DNA of 24,000 bases from the NCBI RefSeq assembly GCF_963675815.2, contig NZ_CAXXLH010000001.1:1167746-1191745 (forward strand), in the 5' to 3' direction. Shown piece after piece: positions 22,844-24,000 of the stretch. The stretch comes from an uncultured Desulfuromusa sp. (GTDB lineage: Bacteria > Desulfobacterota > Desulfuromonadia > Desulfuromonadales > Geopsychrobacteraceae). The position numbers and the translations under genes were made by a program. The notes under the pieces are model-generated. The model was not told the DNA's origin. It made no database searches and saw nothing but the letters and a program-made list of their open reading frames with translations. The first letter of the stretch is position 1. Each line of letters opens with the position of its first letter.

Positions 22844-23609
22844 AACTTTTCCCCATCGTTTTAAAAAATTCTTTGCCTTTTTGAATATCGTCGACCGGTG
22901 GCGGCTGGTCCAGCTTTTTCCGCTCTGGCCTGCGGGGCAGGCGAACAAGCAAGTCTTTTGGTTCCGGCCACTTTTCAAAACGATTTAATAGCTCTTTAAA
23001 CCCGATTCGAATACGCTTTACATCGGTGTCCTGGACGTTCATTCCGGCTTCTATCAACATGGTTTCCCAGAGGCTGGCAGTTATGGTGATAGTATCGGCT
23101 CCGGGTGCGCCATCTCGTCCGAGTCCAATCATGGCGATAAGACCATCAGCGATTGAGTTTCGCAACCAGTCATCACCGGCCCACTGTACTAAGGATGCCA
23201 TACCCTGGGCACGTTTCCCGCGTGGCTGTGGTGTTTGTTGTTGGTCCAGTACCGGGGCGATCGGATTGACCGCCACAGTTTCCAGCACCCGCTTGAGGTA
23301 GTTATGATTTTTCAGCGGACGGATTTCTCCGGCCTGTTGCTTTGCTCGCATCGATTCGACAGTTTCTGTCAATGCGATGGCCAGCTGACCATGATCAGCG
23401 TTGAGTGCGAGCAGTTGATTGACCAACTTGACGCTGCGGCTGTAGCTGAGATCGCGCTGAGCTGGGCGAAAAAGACCAAGGTAATGGACAAGCGGTTGCA
23501 TCAATGGGCCTGTGCTGACAAGTAATCTCAGCAGCTGATGACCAGCTTCATCAGAAACATACGCTTCAAGGCTGTTAGATGTGTGGCATACGGGGCAACG
23601 GAGTTTCAT
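22833..23609 (-). CDS. Hypothetical protein with an N-terminal CPVCH zinc-knuckle-like motif
   Basis: I prefer ATG 23609 (MKLRCPVCHTSNSLEAYV...), which overlaps the gemA-like stop as ATGA, giving 258 aa. A Gln/Pro-rich linker separates it from a C-terminal helical domain ending in WPEPKDLLVRLPRRPE. I cannot assign a family with confidence. Confidence 0.6.
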   Translation of the reverse strand: MKLRCPVCHTSNSLEAYVSDEAGHQLLRLLVSTGPLMQPLVHYLGLFRPAQRDLSYSRSVKLVNQLLALNADHGQLAIALTETVESMRAKQQAGEIRPLKNHNYLKRVLETVAVNPIAPVLDQQQTPQPRGKRAQGMASLVQWAGDDWLRNSIADGLIAMIGLGRDGAPGADTITITASLWETMLIEAGMNVQDTDVKRIRIGFKELLNRFEKWPEPKDLLVRLPRRPERKKLDQPPPVDDIQKGKEFFKTMGKSYER

Positions 23610-24000
23610 TCGTTTAGATCCCATCCTTCTTTTTTTGCCTGTTTTCGCAACGCTGTGATAATTTTATAGAGATCAGCATCTTCCACCCAGGTGAGCTTAT
23701 CAACCTTGCAGATTCTTTTTGCCATGGCGTCACCATATGCCCACGGTTTTCTGCCGATGGTGAGCAGTGCCTCGATTTTTTCCAACTGGCGTACCCGGCT
23801 GCTGTTGCCGTCCATATTGTTTGGTCGTCCTGGGTAGCTCTTCTTTGGCCCTTCTGCGAGTGACTTCATGTGATCAAGCACCTGGTAGCGCTGCCGCGCA
23901 GTGAGATCCCCGGCGGATGATTTGCCGGTAACGACATGCAGCATGGTGCGGTATTCGTCATCATTCATGCCGAGGTCTTTCTTGGCAATGTGGATACGCG
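23606..24000 (-). CDS. gemA: GemA / Mu gp16-like protein (DUF1018-like), 5' end outside the window
   Basis: The frame stays open upstream of the listed Met to the window edge (...RIHIAKKDLGMNDDEYRTMLHVVTGKSSAGDLTARQ...). This matches the GemA pattern IHxAkkxLGxdDdxYRxxL, so the true start lies beyond 24000. Confidence 0.8.
   Translation of the reverse strand, partial: RIHIAKKDLGMNDDEYRTMLHVVTGKSSAGDLTARQRYQVLDHMKSLAEGPKKSYPGRPNNMDGNSSRVRQLEKIEALLTIGRKPWAYGDAMAKRICKVDKLTWVEDADLYKIITALRKQAKKEGWDLNE

Noticed and set aside
23965-24000. An apparent upstream ORF ending in a TGA that overlaps the listed Met of the gemA-like gene (ATGA).
   Set aside because: Reading the gemA frame itself upstream of that Met gives ...RIHIAKKDLG-MNDDEYR, which continues the GemA family motif. 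The listed Met is therefore internal, and the gene simply runs off the window. The other frame is spurious.
1-24000. I scanned by eye for CRISPR arrays, tRNA/tmRNA, Mu end repeats or att sites, transposase/integrase genes, and DGR template/variable repeat pairs.
   Set aside because: I saw no direct-repeat/spacer periodicity, no cloverleaf-like segments in the few non-coding gaps, no reverse-transcriptase or transposase ORF, and no long internal duplication of the J-like 3' region. The prophage ends and the transposition genes must lie outside this window.

Overview
The window is a nearly complete regulatory-to-tail-tip segment of a Mu-like (transposable) prophage with a siphovirus-type, non-contractile tail. 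Every credible protein gene is on the minus strand, and most are linked by ATGA or TAATG start/stop overlaps. Reading right to left, the modules are as follows. (1) End of the early/middle region: GemA/gp16-like (5' end outside the window), two accessory genes, and a Mor-family activator. (2) A terminator and the late regulatory spacer. (3) Lysis cassette: Amidase_3 endolysin, DUF1353, an unlisted 57-aa one-TM protein, a lipoprotein, a TraR/DksA zinc finger and a DUF2730-like protein. (4) Packaging: gp26-like, gp27-like small terminase, gp28-like large terminase and gp29-like portal. (5) Head: MuF/gp30, G, I protease with nested Z-like scaffold, decoration-like protein, gpT major capsid, and gp35/36/37-like proteins. 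(6) Tail: tube, chaperone with a -1 frameshift, tape measure, and lambda M/L/K-like proteins. (7) A tail-tip gene of more than 1459 codons, a fused gpI/gpJ-like protein that runs off the left edge and is therefore missing from the ORF track. No tRNA, rRNA, CRISPR array, transposase or integrase is visible. The most unusual signals are four. First, an orphan plus-strand promoter/terminator unit (candidate ~120-nt sRNA) lies in the MuF-G spacer. Second, the major capsid protein carries a Sec-signal-like N-terminal extension. Third, MuF has a C-terminal extension that resembles nuclease/toxin-type add-on domains. Fourth, an accessory gene pair sits between gemA and mor and includes an exported nuclease-like protein. 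All family names come from my recollection of motifs and gene order. No database search was run.
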